Positions 48,801 to 61,710 of a DNA stretch of 64,000 bases are shown piece by piece. The stretch comes from Okamejei kenojei (lineage: Eukaryota). Position numbers and translations under genes: made by a program. The notes under the pieces are model-generated. The model made no database searches. It was not told the origin of the DNA and worked only from the letters and a program-made list of their open reading frames with translations. How positions within the stretch are numbered: position 1 is the first letter of the stretch; each line of letters opens with the position of its first letter. Location: NCBI GenBank assembly GCA_035221665.1, contig CM069156.1:26412001-26476000 (forward strand). Reading direction: 5' to 3'.

Positions 48801-49837
48801 AGTGGCTCCATATCAATCATGTGGGGCATTATTAAAAGCTGTCCAAAAATACAAAGACACTGTATCTACTGGTTCCTCCTTATCTATTGTACCAGTTACA
48901 TCCTTGAATGAAACGCCGGTGAGTTCATCACGTGAATATGTTTTTCCTCGTTCATTTTGTCTATTCCCACCGATGTTTTCTAAGTGTCCGATCACCAGCT
49001 ACGGAATCAGTGTGGCATCTATTTGAAGCTGAGCCAGGCTGCTTGCAGCCTCTTGTCGATGAGCCGAGTCAAATTTCAGTTCTCATATTCCTAGCATTGT
49101 TTATGTTTATGTCTCTGTGTCACTGATATCTTTGCTTATCTCTGTAAATCGATGCTCCTCCAGATTCAGACCTTGGATCATTCCCAACTCAAATTCCTCA
49201 CCTTTGTTAGCTGTGTCTTTACCTGCTAGGATCCAAAATAAAAAAACAAAGCTTCTCTAACTCTTTCTTTCCTTAAGACTTGTATCAAGAAGTACTAATG
49301 TCTCTGCAAAGACTTGAGCACAGGTGCCACACTGTTGATAGTACTGCCTTTTGAGCAGTCATTGCTTTTCGTCTTCATTCTCGTTGAGATACAAGAGATC
49401 CAAAATACCATCGTAAGGAGCTCCATCCCATATCCTGGATAGTTTTTATCACTCAAGTAATACTAATATCTGGTGCTTTGCCATATGTGTATTGGCTGCT
49501 CTGCATTCTATATTACTGCAGTGATATAAAAAGTAGAGCACAGAGGCGCAGCAGTAGAGTTGCTCTCTTATGGCGACAGAGACCGCGGTTTGATCCTGAC
49601 TACAGCTGCTGTCTGTATGGAGTTTGTACATTCTCCCTGTGACTGCGTGGGCTTTTTCTGGGGGCTCCAGTTTCCTTCCACATCCCAAAGACGTACAGGT
49701 TTGTAGGTTAAATGGGTTCAGTAGATTGACGCTAGTGTGTAGGGTGCGTTACTGGGATAACTAGTTGGTTGAAATGGAATTGGTGGGCTGAAGGCCCTGT
49801 TTCCACACTGTATCTCTAAACTAAATATTATTATATG

Positions 49838-50410
49838 GCATAGAACAGTACAGCACAGGAACAGGCCCTTTGGCCCACAATGTCAATGCAAAACATGCCA
49901 AGTTAAACTAATCTATTTTGTCTGCACATGATCCATATCCCTCCATTCCCTGGATATACATCCATATGCCTATCTAAAGTTCTTGTAAATGCACTATTGT
50001 ATTTGCCTCAACCTACCATCCTCTGTGCAAAAAAAGAAAAACTTGCTATGCACATCTCCTGTAAGTTTTGTCCCTCTAACCTTAAAGTTATGCCCTCTAG
50101 TCTTTGTCATTTCTACCCTGGCGAAAAATTCTAACTGCCTACCTTTCTGTGCCTCTCATAATTGTATATACTTCTATCAGGTCTCTCCTCAAACTCTGAT
50201 GTTCCAGAGAAAACAATCCAAGTTTGTCAAACCTCCTTATAGCTAATACTCTCTAATCACGGCAGCATTCTGATAAATCTACATCCTTCCTGGAAAGGGG
50301 TGACCAGAACTGCACACAATGCTCCAAATGTTACCGAACCAAAGTGTTGTGAAGCTACAATACGACTTCCTGACTCTTATACTCAGTCACACAAATAAAG
50401 GCAAGCATAA
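49838..50410 (-). mobile_element. Older CR1 LINE 3' fragment (related copies at about 945-1255 -, 45490-45750 -, 63535-63852 -, 61885-62266 +, 57630-57945 +)
   Basis: Shared tagaacagtacagcacagga...ggcccac start and gaccagaactgcacaca motif. The copies are mutually similar. Confidence 0.7.
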
Positions 50411-50742
50411 CATATAAAAGTATTTCCTTGGCTGTGAAGCTAATTGAGCTGACCTAAAAGGGATGTTATGGATCCATTAAAAATCGGTTATTTTCTTTTA
50501 ATGTTGTTGAGAGATTGTCCAGAACTGCTGAACTCTGCAACTTTCTGTTTACCTAAAAGAGTACACACTGGGCCTTGGTTTATTGTACATTTGTGGCAGT
50601 GCAGCACTTTCCCAATTCTACACATGGATTGTCAGATTCAATTTTATTTTCCAGAATCAGACTAGGACTTGAATTTGCATCCTCTGATTCATTGATGAGT
50701 CTAAGCCACGTTTATGTCTTTAAAGAAGGTCTTTAAAGTCTT

Positions 50743-50836
50743 CTGAAGAAGGGTCTCGACCTGAAACGTCGCCTATCTCCTTCGCTCCTTAGATGCTGCT
50801 GCACCCGCTGAGTTTCTCCAGCCTTTTGTGTAACCC
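50743..50836 (+). mobile_element. Penelope-derived insertion beginning with a hammerhead core (50743-50770)
   Basis: ctgaagaagggtctcgacctgaaacgtc followed by the shared tail. Near-TSD ctttaaagtctt / ctttataagtctt. Confidence 0.8.
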
Positions 50837-51134
50837 TTTATAAGTCTTTACCTTGTTGGTATGTTCCATTGACCTTTGACCATTCGTGCCAAGTATTCAA
50901 TTGCTCTGCTGTTTCTTTTGTTTCATAAGTCACTAATTTCAATTCATTCAACCTTCACATTCTTACTTTAAATTCCAGTGCCATGTATCCTTTCCCTAAT
51001 TCAACACTGCTGAAACGGTATTGTTTTATAACTCCTTTGTGGGACTTGTTGCCACAGATTTACAAAGCATAACGATCACAAGAAAAACCAAAGCTGTTCG
51101 CCCATCACAGCACGACTGTTCTTTGGTGTAGTTT

Positions 51135-51610
51135 TCATAAGATCATGAGTGAAAGGAGGAGAATTGGGCCACTCAGCCCATCAGGTCTGCTCCATTCAAT
51201 CATGGCTGATCTATCTCTTCCTCCTAACCCCATTCTCCCGCCTTCTCCCCATAACCTCCTAACATCCGTACTAATCAAGAATTTATCTATCTCTGCCTTA
51301 AATGTCTGCTCCATTCAATCACTGACAGTCTCCACAGCCTTCTGTGGCAAAGAATTCCACCGATTCACCACCCTCAAATTAAAGAAATTCCTCCTCTTCA
51401 CCTTGCAAAAAGAATGTCCTTTAATTCTGAGGCTATGACCTCCAGTCCTAAACTCTCCGTCTAGTGGAAGCATCCTCTCCACATCCACTCTATCCAAGCC
51501 TTTCCCTATTTTGTACGTTTCAATAAGGTCCCCCCTCACTCTTCTAAAATCCAGCGAGTACAGGCCCAGTGCCATCAAAAGCTCATCATATGTTAACCTA
51601 CTTATTCCTG
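51135..51610 (-). mobile_element. CR1 LINE 3' fragment
   Basis: Minus ORF LGLYSLDFRRVRGDLIETYKI...RVVNRWNSLPQ followed by the 3' UTR. Confidence 0.85.
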
Positions 51611-51947
51611 GTGTAATGTAGTCTCAGCCTGGATCATAGCCTGATCGTCCCTGAGTTGGATTCGAACCCACAACCTTCTGACTCAGATGCAAGAGCATTC
51701 TCGTTCAGCCGACAAAGCATGAGTTTTAATCCACAGCTGATCAACAATTCAGATTACTGTCAATCACGTGAGAGGTTTATAGTTCTGTGAACATGGGGAG
51801 GAACAATTGATGCCAGAGAGGGCAATGCCAGGTATAGTGCCTTGGTACTTGCCCAAGTTGACGACTGCTTGATGTACTTGACACTGATTACAAGAGCAGG
51901 GTCCGCACTGAGTCGCACTCACCCGCAGGATTTGCTCTTCCTCACAG

Positions 51948-52066
51948 GAACATTGACTGTCGAAGCCATTTACCAAGACCGTGATCAGTTTGCTCAGCTG
52001 GTGCGTGAGGTGGCTGCTCCTGATGTTGGCCGTATGGGAATCGAGATCCTCAGCTTCACTATCAAG
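51948..52066 (+). CDS. FLOT2: Flotillin-2 exon 5 (119 nt): (G)TLTVEAIYQDRDQFAQLVREVAAPDVGRMGIEILSFTIK
   Basis: cctcacag| and |gtaaac splice sites. Near-identical to FLOT2 and phase-compatible with exon 4. Confidence 0.97.
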
Positions 52067-52259
52067 GTAAACCAAATACTTACATCTCAGATTTAAATGG
52101 ATTATAAATGTTTCCATCAGCTGCTGGAGCAGACAAAGGAAGGGGAGTGAAATCACTGAGTACTTATTTAGCCTCAGGGAAGGGTATCACGTATTTCAGA
52201 TCGGTGGGTGGGATATTTAAAGTGAGTGACTTGCCACCTGAATCCACAAAATGCTTTCT

Positions 52260-52810
52260 GCCATATACAGGGCAGTCCTTAGTATGGTGGAATACTTGTG
52301 CTTGCCTAGATAGATGCAGGCTCAACAACATTCAAGAAGCTTGATACTATCCAGAGTAAAGCAACTCATTGGACTGACATCCAGTTACTACTATAAATAT
52401 TCCTCCCTTCACCACCCATATCTCAAGGCAGCAGTGAATACCATCTGCTAAATGCGCTATTGAAAATTTATTTGATCGCACATCTCAGGTCTTCAACGTC
52501 TACTGCCAAAAATACAGGAACAGCAGGTGCATGGGAACCCCTGGAGGCCTCTCTCTAGTCAACCTCCAGACTGTCATGGAAATATATATTTGCTCTTTCA
52601 TCTGTCCTGTCTAAATCCTGAAACTCAATTCTCAGTGTTAACATAAGAGCACCTTCACACCAAAATTCAAGAAGTTTCCTCCCTGCCATCTTGGGCAGTC
52701 CCATTAGGCAAATTTTGGAGAGATGGTGTTGACTGCTGGTGACCAAGTGGGTTATCTCCCCGAGCATGAACAGTAAATGCCAACCTAGTCGCTAAGTGTC
52801 TTGTGAATAA
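52260..52810 (+). mobile_element. Old CR1/L2-type LINE 3' fragment
   Basis: Degenerate coding sequence MVEYLCLP...TFKKLDTIQSKA followed by a 3' UTR. Confidence 0.5.
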
Positions 52811-55800
52811 TTTTTTTTAAAACAACATGCTTTGGATTGGTTCTTGGAACAGGAGAAGGCCTTTCTTCACCCTGAGCTGCTATTTTAATCCAGTTAAGTT
52901 ATTTTACACAACCTTCGAGGGACCCTTAATACTTGCTGTAATATAATTAAACAGCAGCACTTGTTATATCAGTCGACATGGCAAAGAGGAGGAACTTTGC
53001 ATTTCTCTTTCTAAGTCTGTAAGTAGATCTTGCTGCCTCTGCAGATGCTGGATATATTGCAGAGATAAACAGAATTAGAAGTTTCAGGTCTATGACTTGT
53101 TGGAATTGGAAAAAGTTGGAAGTCAGATATGTTTTAAGTTGCAGTGAAGGAAGAGGTGCGAATAGAACAAAGAAGCTGTAGAATGGCACAGGAAGTGGTG
53201 GCACTGGCTCTGGAAGTCTGGTGGAGATGTGAATAGAAGGAAATGAATGTGAACACGGGAGAAATGAGTGCTGGAATTACGAGACTGCAGATGCTGGAAT
53301 CCTGAGCAAAGCACAAGTACTGGAGGAACTCAGCAGTTCAGGCAGCATCTGGGGCGGGAATGGACGGACGACATTTCACGTCTGGATCCTCCTTCATACT
53401 GATAGGAGGGAAAAGCTGGAATGGAGGTCGGGAGTCGAGAGAAGTACAGTAAAAAAATGTTAAATGCAAAATATGAAAATGTTGGATATGTGAAGTAAAG
53501 CAGAGTATGTTGTAAACAGTTACTGTCACATCAAATGTGGCAAGTTTTAAGACAGAAAATAGGCACACATTGCTGGAGGAACTCAGCGGGTAAGTAGCAT
53601 CTCTGGAGAAAAAGGATGGGTGACGTTTCGGGTCATGTTCTCAATCAGACTGGAAAGATCAAATCTGAAATTATTGACTTCAGTGAGCTGAAGTGTGTTG
53701 AATTAGATGATGAGATATTTTCCTTGATCTTGCATCTAAGGTGATAGAACGAGTTGCCAGAGAATGTAGTTGAGGCAGGTACAATAACAACATTTGATCA
53801 TGTACATGCTTAGGAAGGGTTTAGAGGGATATGGACCCAACCCAGGCAAATGGGACTGGCTTAGATGAGATATCATGATAAGCATAGGTAAGTTGGCCTG
53901 AATAACCTGTTTTGGTGCTGTATGACACTATGACGCTTATAACATAACTGGAGGATAGCAACTAATTCCATTTGTTACCTGAAAGAAAGATTATCTTGGC
54001 AGACACGTTGTGCTGAAGAGTTTGTATTGTTTGTAATTCATGATTTGGTGGCTGTGGATTGGCTGCTTATGTCTTCTGTACTTGCAACTCTGAGTTGTCC
54101 TGATTCGGGCAGGAAGCTAATATTAATGTTTCCCAGACAGCTTTCCTTTGATCCGAGGGAATGCCAGGAAATGAAAGCTGGCTGATTCCATGCAGACATC
54201 GTTAATTAACCCAGGCTGTGGTCCGTCTACTTTCACGTATCGAAGTGAAGCTCTGACACGAGGTGGCCTGATGACCTGTTGGCAGTCGGGATCAGCAGCG
54301 GGGAGGATGGATAAATAGCACCATGTGTACAGTTTTTTTCCTTGGAGTCAGTGGTCAATGTTCTATGCTGGCTGCTAGTTACCTGCCCCAGGGTTGGTTT
54401 GGTGACTGCTGCTTGAGTCTCATTGCAGGCTTGGATAGTTATGAACTTGATGCTCCTACCTGGATTTGCATGTTCCTCTGGGCAATTTTATGCAAATCTA
54501 TGTAAAGGGAGTTCAAGACAAGTTTTACAACTCGGCAAGCCCGTGGCAAAATGTTAGAATGTTTTTCTTAAAGTTCCTGATGGCTCAGTTATGAAGGGCA
54601 GACAAGCTGAAAAGGTCTTGGATTTGACAAGGATATGCTTAAGTCATCAAAGTTGCAACTTTTGAAGGAACATGTGTCTGTATCCTTAAAGTTATCACGT
54701 GAACATGTGCAGGCACATCTCTAGATTGATGGGGGTGCCCATGCCCAATGTCTCTTCCACGGACCCCCGCCCAACCCAACCTCCACTTGCCTCATTGATA
54801 TTGAACACAACAGAAGATAGATACAAAATGCTGGAGTAACTCAGCAGGTCAGGCAGCACCTTTGGTAAAAAGGAATAGGTGATGTTTTCGGTTGAGATCT
54901 GAGTCTGAAGAAGGGTCTCGACTCGAAGCATCTCCTTTTACATTTCTCCAGAGATGCTGCCTGACTGGCTGAGTTACCCCAACAACCTAGCTGTTGTATT
55001 GAGGACTGAGTTCAAGAACTAGGCCAAGCTTTTCCAGGACAGTTATAGCATGGCATCCATCCAGCAATGTGGAAAATTACCCAGGCTTGGCCTGTCCATT
55101 TAGCTCGACACAAAGGAGATGTTATTCCCAGAGTTTGTCTCCCACTGGGAATTCCCAGTGACGGCTGGAAGCAGAACCATGATTCCCATTCATTTTCTGT
55201 ATCTGAGCCTTCACTGGTATGTTTTGAGAAGATATTGCCGAGTTGCTGCCTTGAACCACTGACCAGACCAGAGCAGCAATTGGAAAATAAAATGGTCCTT
55301 GATTGTTAACACTGAATGGGTATGGGGTTATCCGTCCATCTAAACTTGCAGTCCCAACAACTTTATTTAGCAGAAGACACAGAGCTGGGTGCTGCTGACA
55401 GTCCATTGGTATATGACCAGCAATAAATTTCTCCCTGTCGGTCTCATGGAGAAAAGGAAGTCAAATTTATTATCATATGCACAAATATGTTGAGATACAG
55501 GCACAATGAAAATCTTGCTTGCAGCAGCATCATAGACTCAAACGTACATAAGGAAGTAAGTAAGTTTATTGGCCAAGTATTCACATACAAGGAATTTGCC
55601 TTGGTGCTCCACCCACAAGTAACAACATGACATACAGTGACAGTTACGAATGACTCGGAAAACACTAAACATTTATAATAATAAAACATTCATGATAAAA
55701 CGATAAACATGAATTATACATTTTACAAGACATTGTGCTCACATATGTGATTTAAAAAAAATACACAATCAGAAAACAAGTCCATGGTAGTGCAAGAGGG

Positions 55801-56434
55801 GGTACGTTGTACTTCAATGCTGAGATGGGATTAGGGTCGTGTGGGTTGTTCAACAACCTGTGACTGCACCTGGTGGTGAGGGACTTCAGGCTTCAGTATC
55901 TCCTGCCCAATAGTATCAGCGAGAAGAGGGCATGGACCAGACGGTGGGGTCCTTAATGATAGATGCCACCACCTTGAGGCAGTGTCTCGTAAATGTATTT
56001 GATATTGGGGGGATGGGGGGGATTTGTTCTACCACTATGCCTGTCTGATGGTTGTTTCTGCCACAGTTGGGATATAATGAGAACAATGTGTAGTGAAATA
56101 AAACTGGGTAAATGGCAGAAGAGATTGTAAAATTGGGGAAGAGTGAAAGTGGAACGATGCACAGAAGAGCAAGGGTAATTGAGAAGGAATAATGAGAGGT
56201 AAGCCACTGGTGTCTTGGAATGTAAGATCCAGACATAGAAGAGGATGGCAACAACGTGGTGACATTGAGGATGAAAATCTGCAGAAGCATATGAATTGGG
56301 TGCAGGAGTAGCCAATTAGCCCTTCAACCCATCTCTACTATTCAGTAAGGTCATGGTTAATCAGATTGTAACTTCCCTCAGCAATATTCTTTCATCTTAT
56401 TTGAAACATTGAGGGTCGAAGCAGTGTTGAGGCA

Positions 56435-56700
56435 ATAGACAATGGTGCAGGAGTAGGCCATTTGGCCCCTCGAGCCAGCACCGCCATACAATGTGATCAT
56501 GGCTGATCATCCCCAATCAGTACCCCATTCCTGCCTTCTCCCCATATCCCCTGACTCTCCTATTTTTAAGAGCCCTCTCTGGCTCTTGAAAGCATCCAGA
56601 GAACCTGCCTCCACCGCAGAGAATTCCACACTCACCACTCTCTGTGAGAAAAAGTGTTTTTTCGTCTCCGTTCTAAATGGCTTACTCCTTATTCTTAATT
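56435..56700 (-). mobile_element. CR1 LINE 3' UTR fragment
   Basis: ggtgcaggagtaggccatt...gatcatggctgatcatcc is the reverse complement of the tail at 43860-43950. Confidence 0.8.
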
Positions 56701-58127
56701 TTTTTTAAACAAAACTATTACATTTTTTGCAACAGCATAACAAAAAGTAAAGAAAAATTTAAACTGCACCTTTCACAGTCTCATGTGCTTCTGCTGAAGT
56801 ACAGAAGTAGGAAGGATTTTGTGCGCCATGGTCAGGCAACGGCTGAGAGGGTTGAATTCACCGTTGTGGTCACCACACCTCAAAAGTGTGAGGGACCTTG
56901 AGAGAGGGTGGAGGAGCTGTTCCAGGGTGGTTCTGTGGATGAGAGGTTTTCGCTAAAAGGTCAAGGTTGAAGAAGATGCGTCATTCTCCTTGGAGAAAAC
57001 GTGGGCGGGAGATTTGTAGACTAGTACAGATTGAGATTTCAGATGAAGTAAAGATAAAGAAACGATAAAGATACAAGGACTGGGCACAGTTTAAGGGATG
57101 GAGATACAGGGGATGGGGGAAGAACTTCCTTGCACAGCGAGGGGCAAAACCATGGAACTCTATGCCCTGGCATGGAGTGGAGGCAAAGATGGTCAGAAGG
57201 AAATTAGATTGGCACCGGAAGGGAGTGAACCTGCAGGACTACAAGGGTAGAACAGGGGGGATAGAACCAAATGAGCCAATCTATGGTGAACTGTTATAGA
57301 TTCGATAGGCGGCTAGGTCTCCTCTTTTATAACAAGTCGACAGGCGTCATTATAATATAAGAAACAATCCAGGCAATTTATGTAAATTAACGAACGGATT
57401 ACCAGTGATATTTGTTGAGCGATTAATATTGGCCAGGGCTCTGAGAGACTCTCCTGTTCTCCATTGTCAGCTCTGTGGGATCTCGGTTGCTCATAGGCTA
57501 ATTGGCTTGGTAAAATTGTAAATTGTCCATAGTGTGTCGGATAGTGCGAGTGTACGGGGATCGCTAGTCGGCGCAGACTTGGTAGGCCGAAGGGCCTGTT
57601 TCTGCGCTGTTTCTAAAGTAAATTTAGAACCGCCTCACAGAGTCTTTTGCCCAGAGTAGGGGAATCGAAGACATAGGTTCAATGTGAAGAGGAAAAGGTT
57701 TAGTAGGAATCCAAGGGGTAACGTTTTCACACATAGGGTGGTGGGTGTATGGAACAAGCTGCCAGAGGAGGTAGTTGAGGCTGGGACTATCCCATTGTTT
57801 TAAAAAACAGACAGGTACATGGATAGGGCTGGTTTGGAGGGGTATGGACCAAGTGCAGGCAAATGGGACGAGTGTAGCTGGGATATTGTTGGCCCTTGTG
57901 GGCGAGTTGGGCCTAAGGGCCTGTTTCCACACTATCACTCTATGACTCAGTTTAAAGTCTCAGGGGACACTCCCTCAGTTCTGACCCCAAGGTGACTAGA
58001 ACATTCAACGTGTTGACAAGTCAGTGTATCATGGGAGGCATCAAACCCAGACGGGTCCTTAAGTTGAATAACATGATGCTTGTCATTGAGTTCACTCAAG
58101 GTTAGGAGTAGGATTTGCTCTGGATTA

Positions 58128-58826
58128 TGGGCCTGTCCCACTTAGGCGACGTTTTAAGCGACTGCAGGAGACTATGCGGTCGTCACATGGTCACCACATG
58201 TTTGCTGGTGGTTGCTGGATAGTCACCTTCATCGTCGTGAGGAGTTCCCGCATTCTGGGAACTAGTCACAGCAAATTTTTCAACATGTTGAAAAATTAGC
58301 GCCGACCAGAATGAAGTCGCCATGGAGAGTAGCAAGAATTCTTGTGCCGCAGGTGCAGTGGTAGAGGGTTGCCATGAGGTCGAAGGTTGTCGTAGGTTCT
58401 CGTAGGTTGTAGCCGGTGCTTAACGCTGAATTGGCTCATTGGGGGGAAATAAAACGTAAGCAGTAGTTTTCAGAACCAAGGATAACCGACCGGTAATGTT
58501 AATGTCCGCCGTGTATCTCTGGCTTCTTAAAAAGTCTCCACTCCTTCGCCCTCCTTCCCACCCCCCCTCCCCCCCTCTTTTAAAAGACTTACGTGACCCT
58601 TCCCGCACGCTGTGTTTTCACCGTCTTAATTACAGCGCCAACCTTCCTGTTCATTGCGGTGTGTGTCTGTATCACATTGGTTTTGCACCGTGTAAATTTC
58701 ACTCAGACAGTACTTACCCAGCTTGCCCTGTCCCCCGCCTGCATAAGCGATGTATGTGTATGTGTTCCACTCTGACAGTCGCCGTTCCAGACGCCGGTTT
58801 TCCTGGCGACTGCCGGCGACTTGACA
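58128..58826. mobile_element. PIF/Harbinger-like non-autonomous element, right end missing
   Basis: tta followed by a gggcctgtcccacttaggcga left terminus, with repeated ggcgact/agtcgcc subterminal motifs. No matching right TIR is seen. Confidence 0.6.
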
Positions 58827-59329
58827 TGGAGCACAGCGGACAATTCGGCACAACTGATCTGTTCCAGTGCATGTGTTTGTTTCTCCCAACCACTTTTTCT
58901 TGTCTCATGATCAAATCTTTATATTCTTCCCTCAGTCGTGTTATCTTCTCCTTTAATGCATCCAAAGAAAAGTTATTTAAAATAGAACTGTGGGAATATC
59001 CAGCCACATTTGTCATACACATCGCAGCGACATGGCATTCTCATATAAAAGGAGCCTGGAATCTGGGGTGGGAACTATCAGAGAGATCTCATCAGGATAA
59101 TTTTTAATGTCTTTTGCTACTGAATGAGCTAAAACATTGCAGAAGGGAAAGCCATTCCTTTCCATACAGCAAAATGCCAGCTCCCCTCTCTCCGTAACCT
59201 ATGACATTTTTAGTTGCGTTTCTGAAACACTAGATGATTCACACAGTTCTGTTATTTTTAGCTTGAAATTTTAAACTTATGTTAAGAATGTGGTGAGAAG
59301 TTTTTGGTTTCTGTTACAAGACCAGAATT

Positions 59330-59745
59330 GCCCATTCCTACACAGACCTTTCTGTCCTCGGTCTCCTCCATTGTCAGAGTGAGGCTAAACGCAAATTGGA
59401 GGAACAGCATCTCATATTTCGTTTCGGCAGCTTGCAGCCCAGTGGTATGAATATTGATTTATCTCACCTCAGGTAGCCCCGGCATTCCCTCTCTCTATCG
59501 CTCCCCCACCCAAGACACTAGCTTCTCATTTTCACCCTACAAACAGCTTACAATGGCCTGTTTCCTTTATTATCGTTACATTTTTGCATATCTTTCATTC
59601 ATTGTTCATTATCTCTCCACATCACCATCTATATCTCTTGTTTCCCTTATCCCTAACCAGCCTGAAGAAGGGTCTCGACCCGAAACGACACCCATTCCTC
59701 CTCTCCAGAGATGCTGCCTGTCCTGTTACTCCAGCTTTTTGTGCC
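59330..59745 (+). mobile_element. Penelope-like element 3' end with hammerhead-type motif
   Basis: Encodes DLSVLGLLHCQSEAKRKLEEQHLIFRFGSLQPSGMNID. Followed by ctgaagaagggtctcgacccgaaacgac at 59662 (cleavage triplet mutated) and the shared tail. Confidence 0.85.
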
Positions 59746-61379
59746 TGCATTTCCTACCGCCTGATAAACACTTTCAATATCTGATACCATGAACCCTGTA
59801 ATTGCCTGTTACTTCTCACTTCCATTTATTTTTCATTTATCTCTTGCCTGTTTTTTTTTTGGTGACACGCAGTGCCTTCTGCTTCATCTGTGCCTTGGTT
59901 TTAAAATTCCTCATCCCTGGTGCGTCTCTGCACCTGCAGGCCAGTGAGTCTTGGTGATTTCTGCACTCCTTTAATTCAGGCCCTTTGCTTGCCCCTATTC
60001 TTACTTGTTCCACTAATTACAAGCCTGCTTTCAGGCACGCCAACATCCAGCTTAAACATACTTCCTCAAAGATGCAACTTAAAATCTCCTGTACGCACCC
60101 CCATTCCTGACACCTTCCTCCAAATGTTCTCAGTTTATTAATACCAGAAAATAAGCACACTGAGATATTTAGTTGCTTTGAAAAATCTATTGCAATTCAA
60201 ATTGAGTCTCTTTAAAAGTGGATATTCTTAATGATTCTCGCATCTTAAACTGAAAATCATTTAAATCTCTCCCAGTGGTTACTGTGCTCAGTGGAATGAG
60301 CATTTCAAAATGTTTATTTAGGAATGTTACTTGACTGAGGATGCAGAAGGAATGTTGATATCATGGATTTCCAACATTGATATGAAGAGACAGAACATGA
60401 TGCAGCCCTCCCTTGCTACGGCACTGTGTGACGGTTATTAATGTGCTTACGTAGTCAAAGATGAATGTGTGATTTAATCTTATCACTGAGCAGTTAAATC
60501 CATGGGTGAGTGAACCTATGCAATTTTCTGATGTCCAATGGTTCACTGATTCTGGTGCAGAAACATCGCTGTAATTTTGAAAAGATTAAGCATTGTTGAC
60601 TGCGGACACAGTGGTTAATGCATTAACGAAGCTCTGGGGATGGAAACAAGAACGGTGCTGGCTGAGGACCTGACTTTACACTTGGGGCAGTAATGCAGGG
60701 AGCAGTCGTTGCCTGGCTGGCTGCTTCCTGTCATGTACAGTGGTTGTCAGAAAGTATCTTGTGCATGGAAAGTGCCCTGTGAAGCAACACTAATTCGAGT
60801 TAAAGTGGCTACTTGACTTGTTATTAAAGTGGCTGCACTAAACTGAACACCATAGAATATTCTATAGGAAGTCATGATGTAGGACACTCCCTGGTTGATT
60901 TGTCAATATTGGCATTTTAAAATTCCTGCACATTTTTCAAAAGGAAAATATTTTGTCAGTGTCAGAGTTGAATTTGTTGATTTGTGATTTAAGTGAGTGG
61001 GGATTTTTTGTTGTTGATTCTCTTGCTCTGGAGATTGGCTGCTGGGTGCTTCCCTTGACACTTCCATCCCTCCCACTCAGCCATCTGTACTGTGCAGCCT
61101 CTCCACCACAGCTGTGCATTGTAACTCGTATTGTGAAGAGACACTTCCCTTGACAGGAGTTATCCTGTTACTTGGACCAACATTCACCAGGCCTACACAT
61201 AATGATTGATGGAACAGTATTAACACAGGCCCTTCAGCCCGCCAAGTCCATGCTGACCATCGATCACGCATTCACTCTAGTTCTATGTTACCCCACATTG
61301 ACTGACCTTTGCTCCTACTTTCTGTCATGTAGCAAGCTTGCGCCTGCACCATGCCTTTCATGACAAAGTGCTGCTAAAC

Positions 61380-61710
61380 ATTTGCAGCCACTGGAGCACA
61401 TTTTTAGTAATATGGTCATTGGTGTAATGTAGGAAACATGCCACACACACAATGGCCGGATAATCTGCCCTAGTGATGTAAATTGAGGAGTAAACTTTAG
61501 CTCCAGCGTACTGGCTTGGACTCTCCAGACTGTCAGAAGGTGTTTTTGATGTCTATCTGCAAGATTTGGCAGAACCTCTGCTTTACATCTCGTTAGAAAG
61601 GCTCCTCATCTCCCAGTGCTGTATGAGATTGGTCAGTCTGGAGCTTTGTGTTTGTGAGATTGGGACTTAAACCCAACCCAACACCATCTGCCACAGGGCC
61701 AACAGAGGCT
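61380..61710 (-). mobile_element. Degenerate ancient DeuSINE-like (SacSINE/AmnSINE-related) fragment; similar pieces at about 57360-57485, 50570-50700 and 38890-39020
   Basis: Motifs such as tagtgatgt...tgagg, taatattggccagg and gggactt.aaccc resemble the Deu-domain SINE consensus as recalled. Highly diverged. Confidence 0.45.

Noticed and set aside
51640-51710. tRNA gene (ggattcgaacccacaacc)
   Set aside because: Only a B-box-like SINE head; no complete cloverleaf. The same applies to the HE1-type heads.
51929-51947. Upstream alternative acceptor (cccgcag) for exon 5
   Set aside because: It would add 19 nt and shift the frame, and it sits only about 7 nt after a likely branch point (ctcac), so it is probably skipped.
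58496-59107. 203-aa ORF
   Set aside because: It runs across a Harbinger-like repeat boundary into unique intron and has no transposase or other motif.
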